A stretch of 64,000 nucleotides of DNA from an uncultured virus (IMG/VR IMGVR_UViG_3300049489_000458). Its lineage: Duplodnaviria > Heunggongvirae > Uroviricota > Caudoviricetes. The notes under the pieces are model-generated. The model saw only the letters and a list, made by a program, of their open reading frames with translations. It did no database searches and was not told the origin of the DNA. The stretch lies in IMG/VR virus record IMGVR_UViG_3300049489_000458; one strand, 5' to 3'. How positions within the stretch are numbered: the stretch's first letter is position 1; each line of letters begins with the position of its first letter. Below are positions 27,605 through 36,989 of this stretch, one piece after another. A program made the translations under genes and the position numbers.

Positions 27605-28086
27605 TGGGCAAATATGCAATAGTGTCTAATGGAGTTGTTGTTGCTATTAAAGAATTCGAAACAGACGATGAAATAAGGGAGCAAGCCGCGACAGGCGAAA
27701 TGATTATTGGCATCGATGACTTGGACCCTCAACCTAAGGTAAATTGGGTACTCAATGGCAACCAATTAGAAATGCCTTGTGGCCAAAGTTCTAGGGAAGA
27801 GTTTGAGATTGCTCTAGCTACCAAGAAAACTGATTTTGGCATTGCCTTAGCCAGAACCGCCATCGACAGAATCGGTGCCAGGAACAAGATTTTAGGGAAA
27901 ACAGGAGCGCAGGTTAGTGTTCTAATGTCGCAACTTCTAAGTGTTAAGCTGTTGCTCGAAACGGGGGCTCTAGGGACAGCGAGATACGCGTGTTCCCAGC
28001 TAAAAACCAGTTTTACTGAATACGCCGATATTTTCGACATTATCATAACCAAGATCAATCAGTTTGAAAAAGAGAATGGACTATGA
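27604..28086 (+). CDS. Hypothetical protein, possibly a fibre assembly chaperone
   Basis: 'KYAIVSNGVVV...PKVNWVLNG' resembles fibre-assembly proteins. Confidence 0.45.
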   Translation: MGKYAIVSNGVVVAIKEFETDDEIREQAATGEMIIGIDDLDPQPKVNWVLNGNQLEMPCGQSSREEFEIALATKKTDFGIALARTAIDRIGARNKILGKTGAQVSVLMSQLLSVKLLLETGALGTARYACSQLKTSFTEYADIFDIIITKINQFEKENGL

Positions 28087-28568
28087 TTGTGACAGTTCAT
28101 GCTCTATTCAGTGCCAGTAATAAAATTGGAGCTAAGGTCATTTCATTAGGATCTTCACATCTAGCGCCGTCTATCAAGCCGTCCCCAAGTCATACAGCGG
28201 TCTTGGTGAATAACCGATGGGTTCACGAATCTACTGGTCATTCTGGAGTATCTGTATTAAGTTATGATATATGGGAAACGCTTCATACCGAAGTCGGAAG
28301 AATTGAATTAGAACCTCGACCCTATCAAGAAATTGCGAATATGTATCGAGAAATTAAGGGTAAAAAATACGACTATCTTGGTGTTTTCTTCTTAGGACTA
28401 TGTATCGTACCGACATTTTTGGGATTTAAGTTACCAAAAAAGAATTTATGGGAAGCTGGAGATAAATACTTTTGTTGTGAAGTGCTCGGCTATTTAACCG
28501 CTGAATATTATGGAATGTGTTCACCTGTCCAAATTATGGCAAAACTAATAAAAGATCAACATGGCTAA
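28083..28568 (+). CDS. Permuted papain-like (NlpC/P60, YiiX-like) enzyme
   Basis: His (SHTAV) precedes Cys (FCCEV), with a GKKYDY motif. Confidence 0.75.
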   Translation: MIVTVHALFSASNKIGAKVISLGSSHLAPSIKPSPSHTAVLVNNRWVHESTGHSGVSVLSYDIWETLHTEVGRIELEPRPYQEIANMYREIKGKKYDYLGVFFLGLCIVPTFLGFKLPKKNLWEAGDKYFCCEVLGYLTAEYYGMCSPVQIMAKLIKDQHG

Positions 28569-28773
28569 GATCCTGCGAATTGATAAACGTACACCTAGAC
28601 GAAAGAAATTTGAACATTTTAAGCTTAAATTTCGAGTTTATCTGTTTAGAGTCAGCTATTTAACTAATTTCGTGGCTCTACTTTATTTATTAGAACAACA
28701 AGGTTCGTTAACAAATATAATTAACAAGGTAACTCTAATTATAGAGAACCTTAAATATATACTACCCCATTAA
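28561..28773 (+). CDS. Small basic/hydrophobic hypothetical protein
   Basis: 70-aa ORF that contains the late motif. Confidence 0.45.
   Translation: MAKILRIDKRTPRRKKFEHFKLKFRVYLFRVSYLTNFVALLYLLEQQGSLTNIINKVTLIIENLKYILPH
28707..28719 (+). promoter_or_regulatory. Putative late promoter GTTAACAAATATA (3 of 6)
   Basis: About 80 nt upstream of the scaffold gene. Confidence 0.7.
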
Positions 28774-28796
28774 GGGATGTAAGAAAAGGAGAATAT

Positions 28797-29792
28797 ATGT
28801 CAACACCTAATTCAGGCGCATCTGCGCCATCTGCAGCACTCACCCCTGAGCAATCTGCCGAAACAGTGATTGCTGCACATTCGGGCGAAAGTAAAGAAGC
28901 CGTTGCCTCAGAAGAAATTGATACCGAAGCTGCCTCTGAAGAAGAATTAGCTGAACTAGCAGCTTCCGATGACGCGACTGCTGAAGAAAAATCTCAAGCT
29001 AAAATCGAACTTAAACGACGTATGAAATTTAAGGTTAATGGGAGAGAGATTGAACGAGAGATCGATCTTAATGACGAAACTTCTCTCCAGGAACTTCTTC
29101 AAAAGGGATTTGCTGCCGATGAAAGATTTCAGTCAGCTTCTGGTCTTGAAAAGAAGATGAAGGAATTTGCTGCTCTAATGCAATCAGATCCTATGCAAGC
29201 TCTAATTGCAGCAGGACACGATCCTGATAAGTTGACAGAATCTTATATGAAGAAACGGGTTGAAGAACTATCGAAGTCTCCCGAACAGCTTAAACTTGAG
29301 CAACTTCAGAAGGAAATTGAAAAGGAGCGTAAACTTCGGGAAGGATTGGAGCAAGAAAAGCTCACAGCCGAACAATCTAGGATCGAATCTGAGTATTCTC
29401 GTCAATTAGATGAAGAAATTACGTCAGCTTTGGCTAGTTCCGAACTTCCAAAAAGTCCTTATGTAGTTAAGCGTATTGCTGAAAATTTGATGCTTGGTCT
29501 GGAACAGGGAAACGAGGATATCTCGGTATCTGACGTTTTACCGATTGTCCAAAGACAGATTCAAGAAGAGATTCGTCAAATGTTTGAAGCTATGCCAGAA
29601 GATGTTATTGAAAAGGTTTTAGGAACTAACGTATCTACTAAACTTCGGAAGCGGCGTCTTAATAATATGAAGAAGTCCCCAGAGGGAGCTAATGCGGTTA
29701 AACAGACTGGCCAATCGGAGATGAATAAGAATAAGACTAAAGAAGAAGCAAAACCTGTTCGCGCCAAAGACTTTTTTAAGAATTTTGCATAA
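28797..29792 (+). CDS. Capsid scaffolding protein
   Basis: Acidic coiled-coil with 'KFKVNGREIE', directly before the capsid gene. Confidence 0.8.
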   Translation: MSTPNSGASAPSAALTPEQSAETVIAAHSGESKEAVASEEIDTEAASEEELAELAASDDATAEEKSQAKIELKRRMKFKVNGREIEREIDLNDETSLQELLQKGFAADERFQSASGLEKKMKEFAALMQSDPMQALIAAGHDPDKLTESYMKKRVEELSKSPEQLKLEQLQKEIEKERKLREGLEQEKLTAEQSRIESEYSRQLDEEITSALASSELPKSPYVVKRIAENLMLGLEQGNEDISVSDVLPIVQRQIQEEIRQMFEAMPEDVIEKVLGTNVSTKLRKRRLNNMKKSPEGANAVKQTGQSEMNKNKTKEEAKPVRAKDFFKNFA

Positions 29793-29882
29793 AGTCTGGC
29801 AGTTAAAGATTTACATATATTACACTTATTATATAGGTTTAGCTTATAATATACACATTTTATAAGTTAAGTCAACCAATTA

Positions 29883-29895
29883 GTTAACAAATATA
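29883..29895 (+). promoter_or_regulatory. Putative late promoter GTTAACAAATATA (4 of 6)
   Basis: Upstream of the capsid gene. Confidence 0.72.
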
Positions 29896-30034
29896 TGATG
29901 TAGGTTGATTAGATTTATTATTTTGAGAGTCTTTGGTAGCCTTAACCGGAGCTGAAGATAAACTAAAATGAGATATATAATCTCTATAAAGTTTAATAAT
30001 TAACTAATAATTTCACATATTTAAGGAGTTTAAA

Positions 30035-31252
30035 ATGGCTGGAGAAAATACCGTTACCACACTTAACGGCTTATTTAAAGAAGTGTATGCTGATAAAATT
30101 GAGAATCTAATTCCCGAAGGTACTAAATTTATGCATAAAGTACCATTTTCTTCTCGTAAAAAAGAAGTTGGGTCTTTATATCATCAACCCGTTGTTCTCG
30201 GTCTTGAGCATGGTATTACTTATGCTGGAGCAACTGACGATGCTTTTACGCTAGACGCTGCTATCTCTGGTGTAATTCGCGATGCCTCAGTACAAGGTTC
30301 ACAGATGATGCTTCGTTCGCGTCTTGGCGTTGGTGCAGCTAGTCGGGCGGCTGGCGGTGAACCCAAGGCATTTGAAAGCGCAACTAAGTTCCTAGTACGA
30401 AATATGCTTCGTTCAATGGCTCGTCGTGTTGAAGTTGGTCTATTGTATGGAGGCGTTGGAATTGGTGCAATTGCCAGTGTTGCTGGTCTTGTTTTGACTG
30501 TTGAAACCGCTCAATGGGCTCCTGGTATTTGGGCTGGTGCAGAGAAGATGAAAGTTGATATCTATGATGCAACAAGTACCTCGTCTCGCGGTACAGCCGA
30601 AATTACGGCTGTTGATATGGACGCTCGTACATTAACAGTCGATGCGGTTCCTAGTGGAACTGTGGCAACTGATGTTATGTATTTCAAGTCTGCTAAAGGT
30701 AAAGAGGCAGTTGGAATCCATAAAATTCTAACGAATACAGGTGTTCTGTTCGGTATTGATGCTTCGCAATATAATCTCTGGAAAGGCAACCAAGTAGACC
30801 TCGCCAGTAACCCGTTGTCATTTGCTCGCGTTCAAGATGCAATTGCTCGCGCAGTTGAAAAAGGTCTTGATAGTGATGTAATGGTAATGGTGAATCCTCG
30901 TACTTGGTCAGATCTTTTGACTGAACAAACTGCATTGCGTCAGTATGATAGTTCATTTAAGAGTTCTGGAGCAGAAGCTGGTCATCAAGAGATCACTTTC
31001 TTCGGCCAAAACGGTAAAGTAGAGATCGTACCGTCTATCTTCGTAAAAGAAGGTTTCGCGTATGTTCTTTGCTTAGACGAATTAGTTCGCATTGGTTCTT
31101 CGGACGTAACATTTAAACGTCCTGATCAAGGTGAAAATTTCTTCCGTGAAATCGAAGATGCGGCTGGTTATGAGCTTCGCGCTTATAGCGATCAAGCGTT
31201 GCTTTGTTTTAGTCCAGGAAAGAATACCCTGATTAAAGGGATTGTTAACTAA
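30035..31252 (+). CDS. Major capsid protein
   Basis: 405 aa after the scaffold; strong TAAGGAG RBS; followed by a terminator; 'LNGLFKEVY', 'LFGID...WKGN' patterns. Confidence 0.85.
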   Translation: MAGENTVTTLNGLFKEVYADKIENLIPEGTKFMHKVPFSSRKKEVGSLYHQPVVLGLEHGITYAGATDDAFTLDAAISGVIRDASVQGSQMMLRSRLGVGAASRAAGGEPKAFESATKFLVRNMLRSMARRVEVGLLYGGVGIGAIASVAGLVLTVETAQWAPGIWAGAEKMKVDIYDATSTSSRGTAEITAVDMDARTLTVDAVPSGTVATDVMYFKSAKGKEAVGIHKILTNTGVLFGIDASQYNLWKGNQVDLASNPLSFARVQDAIARAVEKGLDSDVMVMVNPRTWSDLLTEQTALRQYDSSFKSSGAEAGHQEITFFGQNGKVEIVPSIFVKEGFAYVLCLDELVRIGSSDVTFKRPDQGENFFREIEDAAGYELRAYSDQALLCFSPGKNTLIKGIVN

Positions 31253-31285
31253 TCTTCTTGAGAAATTCTAATCTGAATTTCTTCC

Positions 31286-31317
31286 AAAGGGAGCTTCATC
31301 GAAGCTCCCTTTTTTTA
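31286..31317 (+). terminator. Intrinsic terminator, probably bidirectional
   Basis: AAAGGGAGCTTC-ATC-GAAGCTCCCTTTTTTT between convergent genes. Confidence 0.9.
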
Positions 31318-32430
31318 TTCTTCCTCTACATTCCGACCATGTAATACACATCGGCTATCTATAATATATCCACTTTCTGACGGATATATATCAATATTAT
31401 CAATCTTCGGACATTGGCACTTTGGATATTCCCAAAATCTATGATACTTGAAATCTTCAGAAAATCGAAATAACTTCTGAATCATAAACTCACATAATGT
31501 CACATCGTGTGTAAGTTCACATAAGGTTTTAACATCATCCGTTTCTTCCATCATTTCCAGTATCACCATCTTCAACATAAATGTTTCTTTAAGTGCGTCT
31601 AAGTTCTCCCAGCAATTCTGTTGATCCATCAACCATTTGGCCAATGAATATTCTTCATTCCCACTTTTACTATATGGTATAACAAGGTCACTGATTGGTC
31701 TATGTAAGTTCATTTTACTGTCTCCCAATATTTATCATGTATTTCTTTTCCACCAATAATATATTCATGATAATCTACATTTACACAAATCTCTTCTGCA
31801 ATATGTGGATATTTCTTCATGGCTACATAAAATGCTAATCTATACCCAACATTCAATTGTAGCCCTCTAATAGCAGATACTAGCCACGAATAAGGTCGGC
31901 GACTCCCCCAATATGACATATTACAACTAATTCTCCAGAGCCACACAGGATATTGATTATATACATATCCTGGATGTGTTATCGAGTGTGGAGAGCCGTC
32001 AAATAGATAGACAGAGCATCTCAATGTCCCATATTTCTCTTTAGTATGTACTCCAATTCTAAAAAGCTTTGTTATACGTCTAACAATACGTTCTGCTTCA
32101 TTTAAAGCCTCCCAATCAAAGTCTTTATCTCCCCAATAATGGCAGTTACTCATTATCCACTCCCAACTTTGCACATTCCTTCCATATTTCATCTAATTCG
32201 GTTTTAGTTACTTTTTTATAAAGTAATCTCTGCAACTTATTAATAACAATGAACACTCCGATATCACAATGAAACGTGTTCATTTGCAATTGGGTTTTTC
32301 GTTGTTGTTCTTTTAGAAACTCTAATTCTTTTGTATCAATTTTAGAATAAGAACAAGACGATAATACTAGCAATATTAATACATACTTCATTTCACAGTC
32401 TCCAATTCTTCCATTATCCAATCTGCCCAT
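31315..32430 (-). other. Three hypothetical ORFs, one a lipoprotein (LSSC)
   Basis: Coupled minus-strand ORFs 31315..31728, 31710..32192, 32146..32430. Confidence 0.65.
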
Positions 32431-32936
32431 TTATCTTCACCCATAGTCATATCAACCTTATCATGTGCATACCAGTTATAGTTCAAATAATCCTCAATGG
32501 CCATATCGACTTGTTTAGCCTGAGATTCATTCTCAAACCTACCATCCTGTTGATACTTTACTGTTCTAGGCAATAGATAGTTCTTAAACTTAACCCCATT
32601 TTGCTTACTAAACTTATAATAACTACTTACCATTTTACTCATGAAAATCTCTTTATGATTATGCTCAAAATAGAAAGCCCCAAGCATGACTGGGGAATCA
32701 GTTACAATATAGTCAACCTTACCGTATAGGGAACTTTCCCTTTTAATCTGTTCACCCAAGATGGATATCTGTTCAAATGGTCCGATTTTATGGCCAGCCC
32801 AGGCATAGTCTTTAGCTACCTCACGAACTAGCTCAACCTTCAGGCGCTTACGTTTCATTTTAGCATATAATTCAGCGGCTGTTGTGGATTTAAGAACCCC
32901 AGGCCCCCCAAGAAGGGAAATGACTACAGTTTGCAC
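32388..32936 (-). CDS. P-loop NTPase (NadR/AAA_28-like kinase)
   Basis: GGPGVLKSTT Walker A, EVAKD and IVTDSP motifs. Confidence 0.8.
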   Translation of the reverse strand: MQTVVISLLGGPGVLKSTTAAELYAKMKRKRLKVELVREVAKDYAWAGHKIGPFEQISILGEQIKRESSLYGKVDYIVTDSPVMLGAFYFEHNHKEIFMSKMVSSYYKFSKQNGVKFKNYLLPRTVKYQQDGRFENESQAKQVDMAIEDYLNYNWYAHDKVDMTMGEDKWADWIMEELETVK

Positions 32937-33133
32937 TAGATTTCGTCCTCTTTAAAAAATGTCAAATTACCAAGTTTACAATTTACAAATCTAATTATAT
33001 CACTATTCGTACTAACAATAGTAACTAAATTATTACCAATAAATTCATCTACTGCACCTACAAATCCTTTATATGGACCTTTAATAACCTTTACAATATC
33101 ACCAAGTTCGGGTTGTTGTTTAATCATTGGCAT
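32936..33133 (-). CDS. KOW-motif protein
   Basis: GDIVKVIKGPYKGFVGAV. Confidence 0.75.
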   Translation of the reverse strand: MPMIKQQPELGDIVKVIKGPYKGFVGAVDEFIGNNLVTIVSTNSDIIRFVNCKLGNLTFFKEDEI

Positions 33134-33136
33134 ATA

Positions 33137-33676
33137 TTACTTCTTTCTAAACTGAGTATGGTAATGAAAACCTAAACCGATATCGTGGTTTTTACTTGTC
33201 CATTTATATATATTCTTAAAATTATATTTAGTATTTACATAATTTACCAGTTTTTCAATCTCGGTTGTATCAAAATTAGAAGACCTCAAATCGAAAGCGT
33301 CCCAGTATTGGTGAGGAGAAGTAAATTTCTTTACCTTATATTTAGGATCGTCCTTATATATCATATCCTGTTCTTCTTGTGTTCGATAAATCATTGTAAT
33401 TACTACGGATTTATTAAATTCAGTCTTAGCATAACCACAAACGTCATATACTAAATCATATAATTCTGGATTCTTTGTCATTAGTGCTTCCAGTTCGTCT
33501 TTTAAACGTCCAGAATCGTTTTTAAACAACGGTTTGGGCCTAGGGCTAGGTGTAGGAGGGACAAGATTATCCTTCTTCTGTGGAGCCTCCTGGGAGGCCG
33601 TTGCACTTCGAGCAAACATAGTAAGTATTAGGTGGAGTACCTTTAACAGTCCAGGCATGTAATTCTTTCCTTTCAT
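33137..33676 (-). CDS. Peptidase M15-like protein, candidate endolysin
   Basis: YRTQEEQ, SPH-x6-D (SPHQYWDAFD) and HYH zinc ligands. Confidence 0.7.
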   Translation of the reverse strand: MKGKNYMPGLLKVLHLILTMFARSATASQEAPQKKDNLVPPTPSPRPKPLFKNDSGRLKDELEALMTKNPELYDLVYDVCGYAKTEFNKSVVITMIYRTQEEQDMIYKDDPKYKVKKFTSPHQYWDAFDLRSSNFDTTEIEKLVNYVNTKYNFKNIYKWTSKNHDIGLGFHYHTQFRKK

Positions 33677-33767
33677 TACATTTTGACGGTATATTCACAT
33701 TAGATCTGGTTAAAAGTATTATACCCAACACAAATCCTGCCATAATTAACATAAAACTTATATCCAT
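33567..33767 (-). CDS. Small membrane-anchored Cys/His protein, apparently leaderless
   Basis: ATG lies 6 nt after a TATAAT box. Confidence 0.55.
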   Translation of the reverse strand: MDISFMLIMAGFVLGIILLTRSNVNIPSKCNERKELHAWTVKGTPPNTYYVCSKCNGLPGGSTEEG

Positions 33768-33769
33768 TA

Positions 33770-34444
33770 GTGTATTATACAGTAATTGCCCCAAAATGCA
33801 AGCATTGGTTAACAAATATATGTGATACCTTATCCCTTTTTAAGTTGGCGGATAGATTGAATAAGATTTGTCGAATATGTAATAACTTGAAATCCCTTAT
33901 GGATTTCCATAAAAGGTCAGATAGTAGGGACGGATATCGAAATGACTGTAAAAGTTGCAATATTAATAGAGTTTCCGTTTGGGCCAATGAAAATAAAGAA
34001 TATTGCAAAGAACGTAGTAAAAAATATTATTTAGATAATGCTGAAATTCTTTGTAAAAAATCCAGGGATTGGAGAAAAAATAATCCAGAAAAAGCAAAAG
34101 AATCTGATAGAATCAAAACTAGTAAAAGATGTAAGGTGGCAGAAAATTTGCGTTTTAGTATTTGGAGAAAGAATAATAAACATAAAGTTAATTCAAATTC
34201 TTCTTATTATCGAAATAAAAAAACTCGATCTAGTTTATATAATGTTCATAAAATAGAGATTTATACAATTTATGATAATTGTCCAAAAGGATATCAAGTA
34301 GACCATATTATTCCTATTACTAATAAATTAATATCGGGTTTACATGTTCCTTGGAATTTACAATATTTACCTAAAAAAGAAAATAAATTTAAAAGTAATA
34401 AATTTGATGGAACTTATAAAAATAATTCTTGGAGAAATGGATGA
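33770..34444 (+). CDS. HNH endonuclease (true start probably near 33857)
   Basis: CRIC...CKSC zinc finger; 'CPKGYQVDHIIP...GLHVPWNLQYL..EN..KSN', similar to 7237..7572. Confidence 0.85.
   Translation: MYYTVIAPKCKHWLTNICDTLSLFKLADRLNKICRICNNLKSLMDFHKRSDSRDGYRNDCKSCNINRVSVWANENKEYCKERSKKYYLDNAEILCKKSRDWRKNNPEKAKESDRIKTSKRCKVAENLRFSIWRKNNKHKVNSNSSYYRNKKTRSSLYNVHKIEIYTIYDNCPKGYQVDHIIPITNKLISGLHVPWNLQYLPKKENKFKSNKFDGTYKNNSWRNG
33774..33801 (-). promoter_or_regulatory. Sigma-70 promoter
   Basis: TTGCAT-N16-TATAAT. Confidence 0.65.
33808..33820 (+). promoter_or_regulatory. Putative late promoter GTTAACAAATATA (5 of 6)
   Basis: At the point where plus-strand genes resume. Confidence 0.72.
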
Positions 34445-34929
34445 GTAAAACATTAATTGTTAATAATATTCCATTTCAATATCCAACCGCAGGAGATGAA
34501 CCGGGTTGGGGAAATTCTGCTTCAGCTTGGGCTGAAGCCGTTACTAATGTTCTTTCTGATCTTCTTGGTCCTAATGATATCCTAGAAACTGCGTTTAATA
34601 TAGCAAATAATCAGTCAGATAATAGCGGCACAAATGGTGATGTGACAGGATTGATATTTAATGCGGCGTCGGTTCGCGCTGCTAATATTAGTTATTCGAT
34701 ATATCGAATTTCAGATTCTAATATATCAGGCAAAGCCGAAACTGGTACAATTCAAATCGTATATGATAACGCAGTTGGCTGGATAATTAACCAAGGAAAT
34801 ATCCTGGGTTCTTCTGGTGTGACTTTTACTATTATGTCTACTGGACAAATCAAATATAAATCCACGGATATAGGATCTACTAACTATAACGGTACGCTCA
34901 AGTTTCGTGCAAAAACTTTGCAGCAATAA
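34441..34929 (+). CDS. Virion structural protein
   Basis: Start MSKTL with GGAG RBS; beta-rich. Confidence 0.65.
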   Translation: MSKTLIVNNIPFQYPTAGDEPGWGNSASAWAEAVTNVLSDLLGPNDILETAFNIANNQSDNSGTNGDVTGLIFNAASVRAANISYSIYRISDSNISGKAETGTIQIVYDNAVGWIINQGNILGSSGVTFTIMSTGQIKYKSTDIGSTNYNGTLKFRAKTLQQ

Positions 34930-34942
34930 GGATTTTTAAAAT

Positions 34943-36706
34943 ATGTCAAATAGTTTATGGGGTATAATTAAAGGTCTATTAGTTCAGGATGAAACTGATC
35001 GATCTAAAGAATTATCATTAGAAGTTAATTCTGCTTCAACTACTGGCACTCGCGTAACGTTGAAGTCGGGCATTCAAGTTGCTAATGCGACTATTACTCT
35101 TCCAATTACAACCGATACTCTTGTTGGTAAAGCTACTGCTGATGTTTTAACTAATAAATCATTCGATGCTGATGGTACTGGTAACTCTATTACTAATATC
35201 GAGAACGCTGATATTAAAGCAGCAGCGGGCATTGATGCTTCTAAACTTGCAGATGGTTCGGTTTCTAATACTGAATTACAATATATTAATTCTGTTACTT
35301 CAAATGTTCAAACTCAACTAAATGATAATGTCACGGTAATTTCAGATCATTTATCTGACGCAATCGACGCACATGACGCTTCGGCTATATCTAACGTTCC
35401 TAGTGGAAATTTAGTAGCAACTGATGTTCAATCGGCACTTAATGAAATCCAATCACAAGTTGATTTAATTGTAACAGGTGGGGAAGTTAATACAGCATCT
35501 AACGTTGGAAGTGGCGCAGGATTAAGTTTTAAACAAAAGGTAGGAGTTGACCTTGAGTTTAGATCTATTAATGCAGGAACTAATGTATCTATTACTAATA
35601 ATGCTAACGATATTACTATTGCAACTACCGCTGAAACAAATACTGCATCAAATGTTGGAACTGGAGCGGGACTTGTTTTTAAACAAAAAACGGGAGCTGA
35701 TCTAGAATTAAAAACGATTAAAGCTGGAACAAATCTTACTGTTACTAATAATACCAGTGATATAACAATTGATGGCCCTACTTTTAATTCTTTATCTCCT
35801 ATGACTACAGGTGGAGACTTGATCTATGGTGGGGCTAGTGGAGTAGGAACTAGACTACCCAATGGAGCTAATGGTCAGATACTAACATCAAGTGGAGGAA
35901 CTTCTGCTCCTTCTTGGACAACTCCATCTAATCCTAATCTTTCTGTATCATCTAAAACGGCAAATTATACACTTACATCTAGCGATGATGTTATTTTATG
36001 TAGCGGAACCACTTTCACATTAACTCTCCCTACTGCGGTTGGTATTACAGGTAAGCAATTTATAATTAAACATCAGGGAAGCCTTCTGGCGGATTCTTAT
36101 ACCTTGAATACAACAAGCAGTCAAACTATAAATGGAATATTGAGTGGATTTTACGAATTACGCACACAAAATGAAACATTAAAGATAATTAGCGATGGTG
36201 CTAATTGGCAAATTCTCGATCATATTTCAAATACTGAATGGGTTGATGCTGGGAATAATACTATTACAGCAACGACTACGAATCCTACTAAAGGTACGGT
36301 TAATTACGATTACTTTCAGTGGCGGAGAAGTGGGACTAATATGGAGTTTCGTATCGGATATAACCAAACAACGGCTGGAGCGGCGGGTAGTGGGTTATAC
36401 TTGTGGGCAATACCTCCTGGTGCATTTGCAGATACGGCATTTGCTCAAGATAATGGAGCATCTATAACTAATTTAAATGCAGATAATATCGGTTTTGGGG
36501 TAGTTTCAGATAATGCCAATAGCCAAGCTGCTAATACAAATTCAGCTAAAGCTTTTTTATATAACTCAAATAATATTGCTATTAAATATGAAGGATCTTC
36601 TGGTATAGATTTAGCATTAAATGCATCTAATACTCAGAATTTCGGAGACACTAACTTTTCTGTTAAAATAACAGGATCTATTCCAATATCAGGATGGAGG
36701 CCGTAA
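34943..36706 (+). CDS. Tail fibre protein
   Basis: Duplicated 'NTASNVG.GAGL.FKQK.G.DLE' repeat, 'PMTTGGDLIYG', 'KTANYTLT..DDVI' fibre modules. Confidence 0.8.
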   Translation: MSNSLWGIIKGLLVQDETDRSKELSLEVNSASTTGTRVTLKSGIQVANATITLPITTDTLVGKATADVLTNKSFDADGTGNSITNIENADIKAAAGIDASKLADGSVSNTELQYINSVTSNVQTQLNDNVTVISDHLSDAIDAHDASAISNVPSGNLVATDVQSALNEIQSQVDLIVTGGEVNTASNVGSGAGLSFKQKVGVDLEFRSINAGTNVSITNNANDITIATTAETNTASNVGTGAGLVFKQKTGADLELKTIKAGTNLTVTNNTSDITIDGPTFNSLSPMTTGGDLIYGGASGVGTRLPNGANGQILTSSGGTSAPSWTTPSNPNLSVSSKTANYTLTSSDDVILCSGTTFTLTLPTAVGITGKQFIIKHQGSLLADSYTLNTTSSQTINGILSGFYELRTQNETLKIISDGANWQILDHISNTEWVDAGNNTITATTTNPTKGTVNYDYFQWRRSGTNMEFRIGYNQTTAGAAGSGLYLWAIPPGAFADTAFAQDNGASITNLNADNIGFGVVSDNANSQAANTNSAKAFLYNSNNIAIKYEGSSGIDLALNASNTQNFGDTNFSVKITGSIPISGWRP

Positions 36707-36987
36707 TGCCAATTGATTCAAATGGTATGAGTTCACTAGATATGCAACAGGTTATCAGAAGTTCTGTAACTGAACTTTCTGGCGGAGGACTGGCCCAAAA
36801 AGTCGCTTTAATTGGAGGAAGTCTTGTTCCAAGTCAATATGATCAAATCCAACTATCATATATTGTCGCAGGTAATGGAATTGGTGAAATTGGAACTGTT
36901 GTTTATAAATATCAAGGCAATACAGTGGCTACATTAACATTGACATATGATGTTTCTAATCGTTTAGTTGATACACTTAGGAGTTAA
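36706..36987 (+). CDS. Small structural or fibre-associated protein
   Basis: GGAGG RBS; 'YDQIQLSY...TVVYK...VATLTLTYD'. Confidence 0.6.
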   Translation: MPIDSNGMSSLDMQQVIRSSVTELSGGGLAQKVALIGGSLVPSQYDQIQLSYIVAGNGIGEIGTVVYKYQGNTVATLTLTYDVSNRLVDTLRS

Positions 36988-36989
36988 AC

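Noticed and set aside
31225..31252. Programmed frameshift at the capsid gene end
   Set aside because: No correctly phased slippery heptamer, and a terminator follows immediately
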